64,000 nt of DNA from Felis catus (Eukaryota): contig NC_058368.1 of assembly GCF_018350175.1 (NCBI RefSeq), positions 10,416,001 through 10,480,000 on the forward strand. Direction: 5' to 3'. Shown here one piece after another: positions 25,551-38,710 of the stretch. The translations under genes and the position numbers were made by a program. The notes beneath the pieces are model-generated. The model ran no database searches. It was given only the letters and a program-made list of their open reading frames with translations, and was not told the DNA's origin. Position 1 is the stretch's first letter, and the number at the start of each line of letters is the position of its first letter.

Positions 25551-25727
25551 GGGTGCCTGGGTGGCTTAGTAGGTTGAGCGTCCGGCTCTTGGTTTTGGCT
25601 CAGGTCACAATCTTGTCATTGCGGAGCCTGCTGGGGATTCTCTCTTCGCCCTCTCTCTCTGCGCCTCCCCTGCTCGTGCTCTTTCTCTCTAAATAAATAA
25701 ACAAGCAAACAAACAAACTTAAAAAAA
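25551..25727 (+). mobile_element. Older CAN-SINE, internally deleted
   Basis: gggtgcctgggtggcttagt head, CT tract, A-rich tail; imperfect TSD aatgtcagtata/aatgtccgtata. Confidence 0.88.
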
Positions 25728-27173
25728 TGTCCGTATATATATCTGTTTACCCTCAGATTAGTCAGTGTTCATCTTAAAGAAATTCTATCAGTGGTCTTCA
25801 AGTTTTGCCTCTCTGAGATTTCCCCCAAATACAGATTTTCAAGAATGGAATGAGAAAGAAACTTGAAAAGTCAAAAAAGTAGAGAGCATGTTGAGGGTAA
25901 CAAGTCAGAGGTACTTATTGTCTAGTAAGAAGGGGCTTGTCATGCATGGCCATCTAACAATGGATGTCACATGCCATTTGGTTCCTATCACAATTCTGTG
26001 TCCCTTGCCTGTGTCAGTAAGCCCAGGTATGAAGGTGATCTGATCAGAGTTTGGAGGCACTTAGCAGGAGTCCAGATTGCAAAGTTAAAAACTGGCTCGA
26101 ACTGAGCAGAAGTCAGACTGGACAAGATCCCTTGCCGGGGCAGAATTTTTTCTCTCACTGTCTATCGGGAGTCTATCTGAGAATGCTGTCTCTGTACGTG
26201 TCCTCACTCACTCCTATTGACAAGTCTGTGGGCAGGAATTGCACAGGAATGTGACCAAGATTCCGCGGGCTGCTTTTGGAGCTATCTGCTGCCGAGCTGC
26301 ATTAGTATCCACCCTGAGACAAATGCTTTAATACTAAACATAAATTATAACCTGTGTCCTTCTTTATCTTTCCTCGAGTTAGAAGTAAATTTTTAAAGAA
26401 ATCTTTGTGGCTCAATAAGGCTGAAAACTCAGTAAAGAGTTTTGACACTTATGACTACTTTTCCTTTAAAAATCACTGTGATTTCTCTCCAGTTAAAATA
26501 TGTGTTAGGGGGGTTGTAATTGAGACTGATGGTCTAGTCTCTAGTCCTGTCACAAATACAGAACCGTGTGTATTTCAGCGGCCTGGTTACGTACGGAATT
26601 CCGTCCCACCAACTTGGAATCAAAGCATATCTTGCCCTCATTCATTCAGGCAGCTCCCCGAGTGCTCCTTTTGGCCAGGCATGGTGGGCGGGCGGTGCTG
26701 GCCATACAAAGAAGCTGTGGCACAGAAGGGGACTTACACACAACAGGATGTCACGCATGTGATCAAAGTAATGGAGCTTCCTTCCTATTCTGGGAGCAAA
26801 GGAAGTTTCCACTTATGCTGGTGGGCAAGTCTGGCAAAGTTCTGCAGAGAAAGTGCCCTTGAGTTTGATCTGGAAGAAAGGTTTGCCAGGTAAGGTTTGG
26901 GTGTGGGTGTGCTAGGCAGATGTTCAGCAGGAGAGGTGTGGGCAGGTGTGCACTCGGGGTGGGGGGTACAGTGCTGGGTCGGTACTAGGAAGCTGGGCAC
27001 CGGCGGTGCTCTCACCTGCCCCGAAAGGACTGCTGAAGATTTCTTTAACCCTTTAACCAAGAAGGGGACTGGAAATGTTTTTTTTTTTTCTCCTTTCCTG
27101 AAACCACATTCTCTCTCCCCCCTAAAAACTCCACAAACTGTAGTTCCTTTGGGTTATTAAAAGAAGGAGACTG

Positions 27174-27287
27174 TGGGAGGGAGGAGAGGGTGGGTGATGG
27201 GTATTGAGGAGGGCACCTTTTGGGATGATCACTGGGTGTTGTATGGAAACCAATTTGTCAATAAATTTCATATATAAAAAAAATAAA
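27174..27287 (+). mobile_element. Extremely 5'-truncated felid L1 (114-bp 3' end)
   Basis: Reverse complement of the L1 3' end at about 9934-10040; perfect 16-bp TSD TAAAAGAAGGAGACTG at 27158-27173 and 27288-27303. Confidence 0.94.
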
Positions 27288-27721
27288 TAAAAGAAGGAGA
27301 CTGAAAAGTAGTAACTTTTGTTTCTCTGTCATGCAAGTTTTTTTTTTTTTTTTTTTTTTTTGTCTTTTTTGTTCTCTTTCTCTGTCAGTATTTGGTGTCA
27401 AGATTATCAGGAGTCACCAAACTTTGTGGCTTTGTTTTTAAGGCATTTAGTTTATTATAGTGTATTTTACGTTATTTGCCAGATGTTGAAACAATGACTG
27501 TTCCATTTGCAAAAAGGCTTGTGTTCGGTTCCTGGTCGACAAATAATTCCATTTCCACAAGTGCTTTGCCTCAAGGGAATGTGAAACTCTTAATTTTATG
27601 TTACAGTGCGTCCTTGTATCTGTTTTCAAACATTAGAAGGTCTCGAGAATGTGTTATTCTTGTTCGATGCTTCTTCTGATTACAAAAAAGAAAACGGCCT
27701 CAAATTGTATCTGTTTTCTAG

Positions 27722-27785
27722 GCTTACCAAGAGGTTAAGGAGTGAATCCCTGAAATCCGACTTCACAATAGATTTAAAACATGAG
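27722..27785 (+). CDS. B3GLCT: B3GLCT coding exon 8 (64 nt)
   Basis: ttttctag|GCTTACC...CATGAG|gtacgt; LTKRLRSESLKSDFTIDLKHE. Confidence 0.97.
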
Positions 27786-28659
27786 GTACGTCTTGTTTTC
27801 TTTTTTAAAAGTTGTAGCAACTGAGAATTCACGTGTTTTGCTATAAAAGGTGTTTTTGATTCCCTACCAGCGCATCCCTTCCCAATGCATTTATACATTT
27901 TCTCCCACCAAGGTAATTCTTCTCCAGAAAATTAGGTCTTTCTCTTTAAACTCACTTTCATCATGTAGGTGGAGAAGGAACAGTGGAAAAGGTTGCATCT
28001 GTGATTCTTGATTTTTTTTTTTTTTTTTTTTTTTAAAGCTAGGTGGATGAGTGCAGAGGCGGATTTCTAAAAACATGCACAAATGTCGCAAAAGTACCTT
28101 TGGTCTTATTCGGTGCTTTGGTCGTACATATGCCTCGGTTGTGTCCCTGTCCTTGGCCCTCTGGGGCAGAACTGAGGCAGTTGGCCCTAAGCAGGCAGCT
28201 GCGGCATGCCAGCCTGGATGGACCCCAGCACCCCTGGCATCTAGTGGACATCTGTGACCCGTCGTCCTAGATGCAGGGGTCCCATCATGAATCATTCCTG
28301 AATCATTGTTAAGAAGGTTTCTTTGTGGGTTTCATTCACAGGTGCATCTCACTGCCTAAAACGGCCCCACCTTTCCCTCTGCAGGAACCTGTACTTGGGA
28401 CGGTGGGGTCAACGTTGACATGTGCTGCTGGCAAGCTGCCAGGAGCAAATAAGGGCACACGCAGCACCTTACCTTCTCAGGTGTTTGAATGTGATGAAAT
28501 AGCCTATTTGAGGAGAAACATACATGTAAAAAAATCATTCTTGTCTCCCATAGAAAGGAAAGAATGATTAATTGAAAGTGCAGGCCTGCCTAGATATTTT
28601 TAATGAAAAGTCAACTTTGGTATAGATACCCAGGTTCAGGAATCTATTAAAAATTAAGC

Positions 28660-29378
28660 ACACACAGAAAATATTTCTAACCCATGTGAAAGGTATGAAG
28701 ATCAGTCACAATATCTAAAAGCCCACCTCCTGGCTTAAGACCTAGCCCATCATCAGTCGCTTTGAGACTACCTGAATGCAGCTTTTCTGTGTCCCCTTCA
28801 TTCTCACTAAACACTTTCTTGAATTCTCTCTTCCTTTTCTTCATAGTTTTCATTATATGACTGTATCTCTGAATAACATATTATGCAGTTTTTTTAATGT
28901 TTGTTTATTTTTGAAAGAGGGGGGGGGGGCATGGAGTGTGAGAGAGGGAGGGGCAGAGAGAGAGGGAGACCCAGAATCCCAAGCAGGTTCCAGGCTCTGA
29001 GCTGTCAGCACAGGGCCCGATGCGGGGCTTGAACTCAAGAACTGGGAGATCATGACCTGAGCTGAAGTTGGGCGCTTAACTGACTGAGCCACCCGGGTGC
29101 CCCCATATCATGCAGTTTTGTATCCTTCTGGACTTCATGTAAACAGAATTGCACCGTGAGTATTGTTCTGACTTGAAACTCATCCGTGTTGCTGCGTGCA
29201 GCCCTACTGAACTTATTTTCACTTCCTGCAGTAGTCTCTGCTATGACTATATCGGTTTACTTATCCATTCTCCTGGTGGTGGGCTTCTGGATTGCCATGA
29301 CTTTTCTGCTACTATAATCATTACTTCTATGAGCATTTTGGATGTGTGTTAGGACAGTCCTCTGCAGGTGTTTCTCTA
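28660..29378 (-). mobile_element. Old L1ME-like 3' fragment interrupted by a SINE
   Basis: aactcatccgtgttgctgcgtgcagc...ttatccattctcctggtggtgggcttctggattg motifs. Confidence 0.6.
28893..29104 (-). mobile_element. CAN-SINE
   Basis: TSD catattatgcagtttt / catatcatgcagtttt. Confidence 0.92.
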
Positions 29379-30304
29379 GGGCAGAGGCCCTTTAACTATT
29401 TTTTTTTTTTTGACTGTGACCCACTTTAAAAAATACATTGTTCATTGTGACCCAACATATCAGTGTGTGTTGTTATTGTGTCTTGTTACTGATCTCTAAC
29501 GTGGTATTGTTGTGGTCTGTAGAAATATTTTTAGGTTTGCTTTATGGCCTAGTTCATGTTTCCTTTTCATAAGTGAAGTAAATGGTGTGTATGTTATAAT
29601 TTGGGGGGGGGGTGTAATATTCTCTTTATTAGATTAAAGGAGAAGTAGGTTTAATCTACTAGGTTAATCTTCCTTCCTCCTTTCCTTCTTTCTACTTTTC
29701 TCTGCTTGATCTGTCATTTATTAAGGGAGGAATGAGAAAATCTTCCATAATAATGGTGGATTTGCCAGTGTCTCCTCTTGTAACTGCCAGCTTTTGCCTT
29801 TTATACTCTGAGAGTCTGTTAACTCAATGCATACAGGCTTACAGTCATTATGTCTTCTTACGAATTTACCTTTATCTCTTGTGATGCTCTTTGCCCTAAT
29901 GTGAACTAAATGTGTATTTAATGTTATGGATATTTCTTTACCAGCTTTCTTTTGGTGTGTGGTTCATAATTCTCTCTTATCTTTTTCTTACAGCCCCTTT
30001 GTGTCCTTATTGATTGATTGACAGAGACAGAGCATGTGCACATGTGAGCTGAAAAGGGGCAGAGGGAGAGAGAGAGAATGTTAAGCAGGCTCTATGCTCA
30101 GCATAGAGGTCTTTTTCTTAAAAAGGACATATCTTTTTTTTTTTTTCCTCTCTTCCAGTTTGCCAGTCTTTGTCTTTAAATCAGGTAGCAAATTCACATT
30201 TACATTGAACATGATTACCATTATATTTGAATTGATTCCCAACACTTCGTTTTATCCCTTGCCCATCATTTTATCTGGCTCATTTTAAAACTTCCTTACT
30301 TTCT

Positions 30305-30499
30305 GGGGCACCTGGCTGGCTCAGTCAGTTGTTTCCGACTTCAGGTCACGTTCTCACAGTTCGTGAGTTCGAACCCTGCATCAGGCTCTATGCTGTCAGC
30401 ACAGAGCCTGCTTCAGATCCTCTGTGTCCCCCACCCCTGCCCTTCACTTGCTTGTGCTCTCGCTCTCTCTCTCAAAAATAAACATTAAAAAAATTAAAA
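30305..30499 (+). mobile_element. CAN-SINE
   Basis: ggggcacctggctggctcagtc head, CT tract, aaaataaacattaaaaaaa tail. Confidence 0.9.
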
Positions 30500-30898
30500 T
30501 GTCTGTTTTTTTGTTGTTTCTTTTCCCATTTTGTCCTTCTCTGCTATTTTGGAAGTTCAGTCTCTGTATCTGTACCTTACTGGTACTTACCTTACCTTAC
30601 TGTACCTTCATTTAAATATTTTAACATGCATTCTTAATAATGGCTAGTTGATCACCTAAAAAAAAATCAGGGGACTTAGAATAATTGAACTCTGATTATC
30701 CCCCTCACAATTTATATACTTCTTGCTGTCCAGCATCTTTTTAACCCCTCAAATATTATCTTTGCGTAGTTAACATTTGTAGGAGCTTAATTATGTATTT
30801 GCTGGGATCATTTTTATTCTTGCTGAGGCATGTCCTTCAGAATTTCTAATAGTGAGCTCATAAATTCTCATTTTTTTTCCCTTAAAAACACTTCCATT

Positions 30899-31020
30899 GG
30901 GGCACCTGGGCGGTTCAGTTGACATCTGACTCTTGATCTCAGCTCAGGTCTTGATCCCAGGGTGGTGAGTTCAAGCCCTGCGTTGGGCTCCACGGGTTTG
31001 AAGCCTACTTAACAACAAAT
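30899..31020 (+). mobile_element. Short CAN-SINE
   Basis: ggggcacctgggcggttcag...gagttcaagccctgcgttgggctccac...agcctactt. Confidence 0.85.
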
Positions 31021-31521
31021 GAACGAAACATTTATGTCAGCTTTGTTCTTGAAACATAGTTACCTTGTGTTGACCATCGTAGGTTGTCTGTCCTTTTCTC
31101 TCATCACAGTGGGGTCACTGCACTGCTTTCTGGCTTTTCTGTTAATTGCCGTGGCAATTGCTGTGGGAAATAAAACATCAGTCTCATGTGGCTTCTTTGT
31201 AGGTAATCTGCCTTTGTCTTTGCCTGCTTTTAAGATTGTTCCTTTGTCTTTGGCGTTCTGCAGTTTCACTATGAGATGTCTAGATGTAGACTTAAAAAAA
31301 AAAAAAAATCTTGCTTGGGATTCTTTGACCCTTACATAATTTTGGAGATTCGTAGCCATTGTCTTTTCAAGTATGTTCTTATCCCCTTTCTGTCTGCTAT
31401 CGCCTCCCGGATCTGGGCTAGCTCTCTGAACTTTTGTCTTATGCTCCCCCCCCCCCCCCCCCCGTTTCTGCTGTGCTATTTCAGATAATTTGGGGACCTT
31501 CATCTTTTAGTTCCTTAATTT

Positions 31522-31710
31522 GTTTAAATTTATTTTGAGAGAGAGAGAGAGCACAAGCAGGGTAGGGGCAGAGAGGAGAGAAACAGAGAATCCCAAGCAG
31601 GCTCTGCACTGTCAGCACAGAGCCCGATGCCAAGTTCGAACCCACGAGCCGCGAGGTCATGACCCGAGCCAAAGGCCTATGCTTAACTTACTGAGCCACC
31701 CAGGTGCCCC
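31522..31710 (-). mobile_element. CAN-SINE
   Basis: (GA)n tract plus head ending gagccacccaggtgcccc; imperfect TSD tagttccttaattt / taattccctaattt. Confidence 0.9.
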
Positions 31711-32714
31711 TAATTCCCTAATTTTTTTATTCACCTGTGTTTAATATACTACTTATCCTAACCATTATATTTTTCATTTCAATTGTTTTTTTATTTTTAA
31801 AAGTTTTAGTCCTTTCTTTTTCAAATTTGCTTATTTTATATGATCATTAAACACATTTTTTGCTGACGTGTGAAAGTTTTTACTTCTATATGAAAATATA
31901 TTCAACACAGTAATTTTGTAATCTATGTTTGGTAATTCCAGGACCTGCAGTCTTTTTGGTCTGATTAAGGTTTGTCTCCTGGCTCTGGGTCATCAGCTCA
32001 TGTCTTATGTGCTTTTTATGATTTTCCTCTGAGCAGTCTTGCTTGGAACCGTATCTGTGGTAATCCTTGGAGTCCTACGTTAAGGGTGTGGGTTCCCCGG
32101 GAATGATTTGCATTTGCTTTTCCTGCTGCTAGAGGGTTCTACTGACCGCTGTAAATTACTATTTGAAGTGTTTTGGCCCACACTGGTGGCACAAATTAGG
32201 GAAGCTTGGGATTTGATGACAGGATCTCAAAGGAGATCTGGAAATGGGTTTTCCCCTCCATCTGCTCCAAAGTCCTAGCTTTCTAGTGGGGTTTGCTCTC
32301 AGATACCTCCCACCTTAGCTGCATCATAGTCTTTATTTTTTTAACTCCTACCAGAAACAGCATCACCAGAGTCCTCTATCTACTGAGGAAAATTACCCTT
32401 CTTGTCCTTATCCCCAGGCTCTTCCTTTTGCATGTTTGTCCTCACAAGTTCCATACTTTTGTGGCAATTTAGCAATCCATTTAAAATCATTTTGAAGATA
32501 TCTTATCCAACAGTTTTAGATGTTTTCAACAAGTTGGTTAGTCAAGGTATATAATTACCACACTGTAGAAAAACAGACTCCCAGTTATATTTTCTTTCAT
32601 CTTTCACGGCAGTATTTGACAGACCCTAAAATAGCTTCCCTGCAGTTGCTTATGACGACTTTGGAATTGTTTGGTGGTCAGAGTATGGATTCCTGTCAAT
32701 AAAAGATTAGATTG

Positions 32715-32924
32715 GGGGCGCCTGGGTGGCTCAGTCGGTTAAGCGTCTGACTTCAGCCCAGGTCACGATCTCGCGGTCCGTGAGTTCGATCCCCGCGTCG
32801 GGCTCTGGGCTGATGGCTCAGAGCCTGGAGCCTGCTTCCGATTCTGTGTCTCCCTCTCTCTCTGCCCCTCCCCCGTTCAAGCTCTGTCTCTGTCTCAAAA
32901 ATAAATAAACGTTAAAAAAAAAAA
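32715..32924 (+). mobile_element. Young SINEC_Fc-type SINE
   Basis: ggggcgcctgggtggctcagtcggtt...aaaataaataaacgtt(A)n; TSD ATTAGATTGG at 32706-32715 and 32925-32934. Confidence 0.95.
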
Positions 32925-33118
32925 ATTAGATTGGCCCACCTGAGATTACTATTTTTATAAGTAAAAAAAAAAGAAATCTGTTGAATATTGATGGATTGAT
33001 ATGGTTCAGTCTGAATGCTCTGTAGAAGAGGTGGTCTGCTTTCCCTTGAGAGATTTCGTGCTAACAGTCGTGGTGTTGGCTGAGTTCCTTCATTCATTGC
33101 TGTCTCCTGTCCTGACAG

Positions 33119-33238
33119 ATTGCCCTCTACATCTGGGACAAAGGGGATGGGCGTCCCCTTACTTCGGTGCCCGAGTTTTGTACGGATGCTGTGAATGCCT
33201 CCTGTGCTACCACGTTCCATTCTTTCCTACCACTTTGC
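33119..33238 (+). CDS. B3GLCT: B3GLCT coding exon 9 (120 nt)
   Basis: cctgacag|ATTGCC...CTTTGC|gtaagt; [40 protein letters not shown]. Confidence 0.96.
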
Positions 33239-33374
33239 GTAAGTAACAGAAGAAAGACTTTCTTGCATATCAAAGGAAAATCTGCATGCTGTGCGTGATG
33301 TTGTCTAGCACTTTACCTATACATTGAAAAAACCCCAACATTTGTCATGTGCCAGGTAAAAACTACACATCATG

Positions 33375-33530
33375 TTTCTACTAATAACAGCCCTATAAGG
33401 TAAGCACTGTTGTTACCCTGTTTTACGCACGAGAAGAGAAACGTACTGAGAAGTGCTTGTTCAAGATCACACAGCGCGTCTTGGGGGGCGGGAGTGGGAA
33501 CTGTGACCGCACAGACTCATTCCGGAGCCT
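33375..33530 (-). mobile_element. MIR fragment
   Basis: taacagccctataaggtaagcactgttgttaccctgttttacgcacgagaag...ttcaagatcacacagc. Confidence 0.65.
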
Positions 33531-33939
33531 TTGTGCCGAACTGCCTGCCACAGCTCTTTAGAGTTAGTGCGCCTGGAGTCATTTCTCTTGATGATACAGC
33601 ATGTGTCTACTGGAGTATCTACTAGAATGTTCCTAGAAGGGTGATTTCAAACATTGCCTGTTAATACCTAAGCCTTTTCCTCAAGCCCATCTCCTCTTGG
33701 CTGGAGACCTTGATTTGATCTCACCTGAGACTGTTGAGAACTTTCAGAATGAACTGACTTGTTATGGACATACCCTTGGTTCAGTGCCCAGGATGAGCCT
33801 GAAGACCCCTGAAATTCACTAGGTTGTTGAATTCTTCCTCATAAAGGAAAATATATGCATCATCCTCAATTGTTGTCTGTTCTTCCCAAGTCAGTCATAT
33901 GGAAGTCTGTGTGTTACATTTTCAAAGATGACTTATGGG

Positions 33940-33944
<5 letters not shown>

Positions 33945-33978
<34 letters not shown>
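33945..33978. repeat. (AC)17 microsatellite
   Basis: Read directly. Confidence 0.95.
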
Positions 33979-33982
<4 letters not shown>

Positions 33983-34935
33983 GTAATGGGGAAGAATCTG
34001 TAATGTTTGTTCAGTCCCTGAGGGGAAAAGCCTATCTTTCTAGACATGATGTTTGCTTGTTCTTTAATGCTCTTTTAGGTAATTTGGTGGGGTCAGCCTC
34101 CTAGTGCCTTGAGTGACATGCCAAAGCTGTGCTTAGATGTCACTCTAAACCCTCAAATGATGTTTGAGTCATGACTGAATATTATTAAAGGCCTAAGAGA
34201 GATAATAAAGGGCTCAGAAGACCCCCACGAAGCAGTCCCTGGCCTTGAGTGTAGGCTGGCCACAGTCTGCCTGTGTGCTCCCTTTCATTTGAGTGGTCAG
34301 CTGGGCTGGGCCAGCCCAGGGCTCTGTTATTGCCCTCCCCGCCCCCCCCCCCCCCCCCCAAGTGTTTGAAGTAGTCCTGCCTTTGGCAGAGGACAGGATG
34401 TTGCTGTAGCCTAGACTTGGGTGGATAATACAGGGCCCATAAAAATACTTCCAACATCAAAGTAAGACCAGCCCACAGAAGGGAGTCAGCTCCTATTTTA
34501 CACTAACACATCCTCCTGCTTCTCTCCCTTTGTCAAAATCTTCACCAGCTGGGAAGAGGAAAGGGAAGGTGACTAACATTTATTGGGCAGCTATAATGTG
34601 CTTAATAAATGGAGTAATAAAAGCAGCCTGACTGGTAGCTATTCTGACCGTTTTCTAAATGAGCCGACTGAGCTGAGAGCCGAAGACTGTTGTCTGGGTG
34701 ACACAGTGTGTATAGGGCAGTCTGGGATTTGGGCCCAGGTCTGGCTGACGTCAGAGGCCTTGTCAGCTCAACTACAGTTCCTGTTTTTCCCTAAAACTGA
34801 ACCCTGGAAACAGGTTTGATACCCTTGACGTCAGTGAATTTCACCTCCACAGCATGTGATATCTGACATGGGTGTGAATGTGGATGTTCATATAACATAG
34901 ACTCATATGTGCATATATGTTTTCTTGTCTTTTAG

Positions 34936-35031
<96 letters not shown>

Positions 35032-37059
35032 TGAACTTTTAAAATCCAAGCTGCCTTTAAAAAAAAGTACAGACGAGATACAAACTCAAGAAAGGGAGAA
35101 TGAACACATATATTGAAGTGAAAAGCAGTTATTTAATTAGTACTCCTCATCATACCATTTCAGTCACCAAGATCAATTAGAAAGGATAGTTTTGTACTGA
35201 AACATGAGTGTCCCTAGCCCTTCTGAATACTGTTCAGAGCAGTGTTTTAAATTGGAAATGGGAAATCTCAGCTGTGGTAATCTCGGACACAATGTGTGAA
35301 TAACAATCCATTTTGCAGAATAACGTCCTATTTTGTCCATGCTCCGTCTCTGAACTGTACGAAGAATGTTAGAGGGGACTTCAAGGTGAGAGAATGCCAG
35401 TGAAGGATGTTTTCTTGGAGACTAATCCTTCTTTTTACATTTCTGTTGGATGCACACATTGGAACTTTCAAAGTAAGATACGTATGTGCTCACGAGAAGA
35501 TTATGTTACGGAAAAGACAGCAGGTGGCTTATACACAGTGGTCCCTTCTTAAGGAAATCTTGGCATGCAGACGAATGTTGTTTTTATTCAAGTTTTTGGT
35601 GTCATTACAGAATTCTACTAAGTTATGGTGATAATGTAAAAGAAAAAGCCCACCCTAAATATAAGTAGACATAATTTTTTTCTTTTTTCGCCTTATTTCA
35701 AGCTGCACTTTTCTGAAATTGAAAATTAGACAGTCTTTTGCATTTTCTAATTTTAGCATATATTTTAATTTTTTTCCATGAAAAGACTGTCGATTTCATG
35801 AAGAGTGTGATATTTATGTAGAAGAGATTTCTAAACCAGCTGTCGTTTTCATGGGATTGAAGCTATGGGGGAAGTTCATTTATATAATTTATTTGATAAT
35901 ATGATTCTTACAAATTATGTTTTAAAGGGGAACATTTCCCAAATAAAAGAATATTATTATTTGGAATTCAAGTATTGTTTAAGATATTGACATTAATTAA
36001 AATCTGGTTATGATGAACAGTTTCTTAAAAGTATATAACTATAAACATTCATGTTTACCTAAAATAGCCACGTAAAGTGCCAGGTCCTATTAAATCGGCC
36101 TAATATATGCACTCATTATGCAAGGAGTCCTAAAGGCTATTAAAAATCAACATAGTGTCAACATTTTCATGATTCAAAAATTTAACCTAGATTTAATACC
36201 CTTTTTCCTTTTTGAAAATCAGGAAGGGCTTTTGGGGACAATTTTTGACATATCTTACAAAAAATTATCAAAGGAAATGAATGAGGCGACTGCTTTATTT
36301 ATTTGTTTTAAGCCAGCAGAAGTGTTCAAATTGATATTATTTGATCTTGAAGCTGCACTTGGGAGTAGTGACTGCTTTCATAATATTGATGTTAAGGACG
36401 GTGGCATAGTCTCTTTTGAGACATTTTTCAACGGACAGTAAAGCAGTAAAATTAGGGACCATCCCTGTTGTAGTTTTCATATTCTACAGAAATGAAAAAA
36501 AAAAAAGTTCGCTAACTTAATAGTTTTGAATGATCTAGTTTATTGCCTTCTTGTTGGCATAAGCTTGAGGTCATCTTTTCAGATCTCCGTCAAACGCTTT
36601 AAGGTTTGAATTTTAAGTCAAAGGTCTTTAAAAATGACAAGTCTTCAAAGCCTGTTAGGAGCGTTGAAACCAAACCTCCTAAAGCTGGATGCGTTGATTG
36701 GCTGCTATGAATTTGGATCCGCAGACACTGCAGCCTGAGACTTAAAAGGTAGCATGAGGCTTTCACAGTTGGCTTTCCGTGGCAAGCCATCTTTAAACTT
36801 GGATGTTCGTTTGAAAAGGTGGTCTAAGGCAGCAGGATTCTAGGGACTTTGATGTCCATATTGCTTGATGGAAGTGAGCCTGCTAGGCCACGGGGCTCCT
36901 TTGCTCCTTTTGGGCGGCTAGGCTAGCCACCAGTGGGTCCAGAGAATTATGCAGTAATCGTATTAGTTACATTGAGAACACCATAGTAACTGCTTCTGCT
37001 GACCTCTTCTGCATTTTCTGACGTGTTTTTTACGTACATTCTATCGTCTGCGTTCATAT

Positions 37060-37240
37060 TGACAATTCCACTTGATGTGGTAATTAATGTTGTTATTCCT
37101 TTGATACCGTAGAGAAATCAGAGTGTGGGACAAGACGCAACTGGCCCATGTTCTCGTAGACTATTGAGTAGGAGAGCTGGGACTCGGGTTTTCTGGCTCC
37201 AAATCCCAAATTCTTTCTGCCACAGCACAGCTATAGTGTA
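37060..37240 (-). mobile_element. MIR fragment
   Basis: ttattcctttgataccgtagagaaatcagag...gagctgggactcgggttttctggctccaaatccc. Confidence 0.55.
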
Positions 37241-38676
37241 ATCTCCTTGGATGTATTACAGTCTTAACACTTGATAAATAGTATTTGATATTCATTTTGA
37301 CATTCTGCTAGGCTCAAGGTCATTTTTGACTTGGCCAGAAGGTGGGAAAGTAGGCTTTTTATTTTCAGGGGCAATGGGGATAGCCAGGAACTGAAATCTA
37401 CAGATGATCTAAAAGATAAACCAAGCTGCTTGGACAGGGATGAGAGTCTACAGTAAAGCAGAATATACAGACTGGGGTGGGTTTTTTTCTTTTTTCTTTC
37501 CCTGTGCACTTTGTGGTAGGAACAGTGAAGTTACAAAGGCCAAACGACAAGGGGAAGAAAAACATAGATAAGACTGTATATTTATCTTTGGAAAACCGAG
37601 AGTCGGCTATACTGTTAGTGACGTGGGTGCCCTGCCCCTGGATGCAGCAGACCCTAGCGATGCCCCCCCCACCCCAGCTCCTTATAACGTTGGCCACATC
37701 CAGGATGAGGGATGGAACTTTCTCTTCAAGGCTCCAGTCAAGGCAAGGGAAATATACACTGAACTCATTTTTTATATTCTCAATGGAGAATGGATGATAA
37801 AGGCAAGTCCCAAAATTAAAAAGAAATTATTTTACATCTTGTACCTTTTTGGCCTAACAGTGAAACCAACGTTTATGTAACTGCTTTGTGCCTGGATTTT
37901 GATTTAAATGAAATAAAGCATTCTTAGGACACAGCAAAAAATATATCCTATCTTTTGGCTTAAGAAAGAAATACATATTGACACCATCGAAATAGCAACA
38001 CACTCTTGAGACGCACGCAGTTAGTGGGGTTTGAAAGAAACTTTAAAAGTATTATATAAAGCAAATTAGGCATAGCCTGTAAAATTATGTTTAAGCAAGG
38101 AAAAGGTCTCTGGAGTTTTAATATTCTGCTTGTTCACTTCCTCTTGGGTTATGTGTGTTTCCACTGGGTGACGTGAGCTGTCAGAAAACGCAAAGAACTT
38201 TCTTTGCACCATTTGGCCCTGCCGTTCGTTCCTCCGCGTGTCTTGAGTGTCTCGTGGCAGCCACTGGTTTGTTCATCAGGTGGCGGGTCGTGAGAAGCTC
38301 TCCTCCTGCAGCCTCCTCTGATTAAAGAGGTAAAATTGCTGTTTGCTCAGCCTTTGGTCCCTTTTCACAGCTTCGTGGGCACCTCAAAATAAACTTTTTT
38401 CCTTTCAGACCGGGAAACACAAAACAGCCACCCACCCTATTATCTTTACTGCAGTCATCTTGTCTAGAAGAGGCGAGTCTGAACAAACTTATCGAAAGGA
38501 GCGTATGGTAGCTGGCCGTTTCGAGTAGAGAGGCTTCCGGGTACTGCGGTAGGCTCTGCTCGCTTAAAACACGAGGCTTGAATTAAAATGCAGCCAGACA
38601 GAAGGCTACGCCGCGCCCAATGGTGTGATTCGATTAATTATTAAAGAGAGGACGGGAGTCAGGTGCTGCCCTCCCC

Positions 38677-38710
38677 CTCCCCCGGCTCTCCCCCTCCCCC
38701 GGCTCTCCCC
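38677..38710. repeat. Tandem duplication of the 17-mer CTCCCCCGGCTCTCCCC (G4-prone on the minus strand)
   Basis: Read directly. Confidence 0.85.

Larger units (their letters stand above)
29480..32560 (-). mobile_element. Ancient L1M fragment (ORF2 start/ORF1 region) with several SINE insertions
   Basis: ORF 31060-31503 contains L1 ORF1p-like STSRHLIVKLQNAKDKGTILKA...RKARKQCS; T-rich antisense L1 composition. Confidence 0.65.

Noticed and set aside
26354..26893. 179-aa ORF
   Set aside because: Non-ATG start, no recognisable domain, partly L2-like sequence
32715..32800. tRNA gene-like A/B boxes
   Set aside because: tRNA-derived SINE head followed by a CT tract and poly(A); not a tRNA gene
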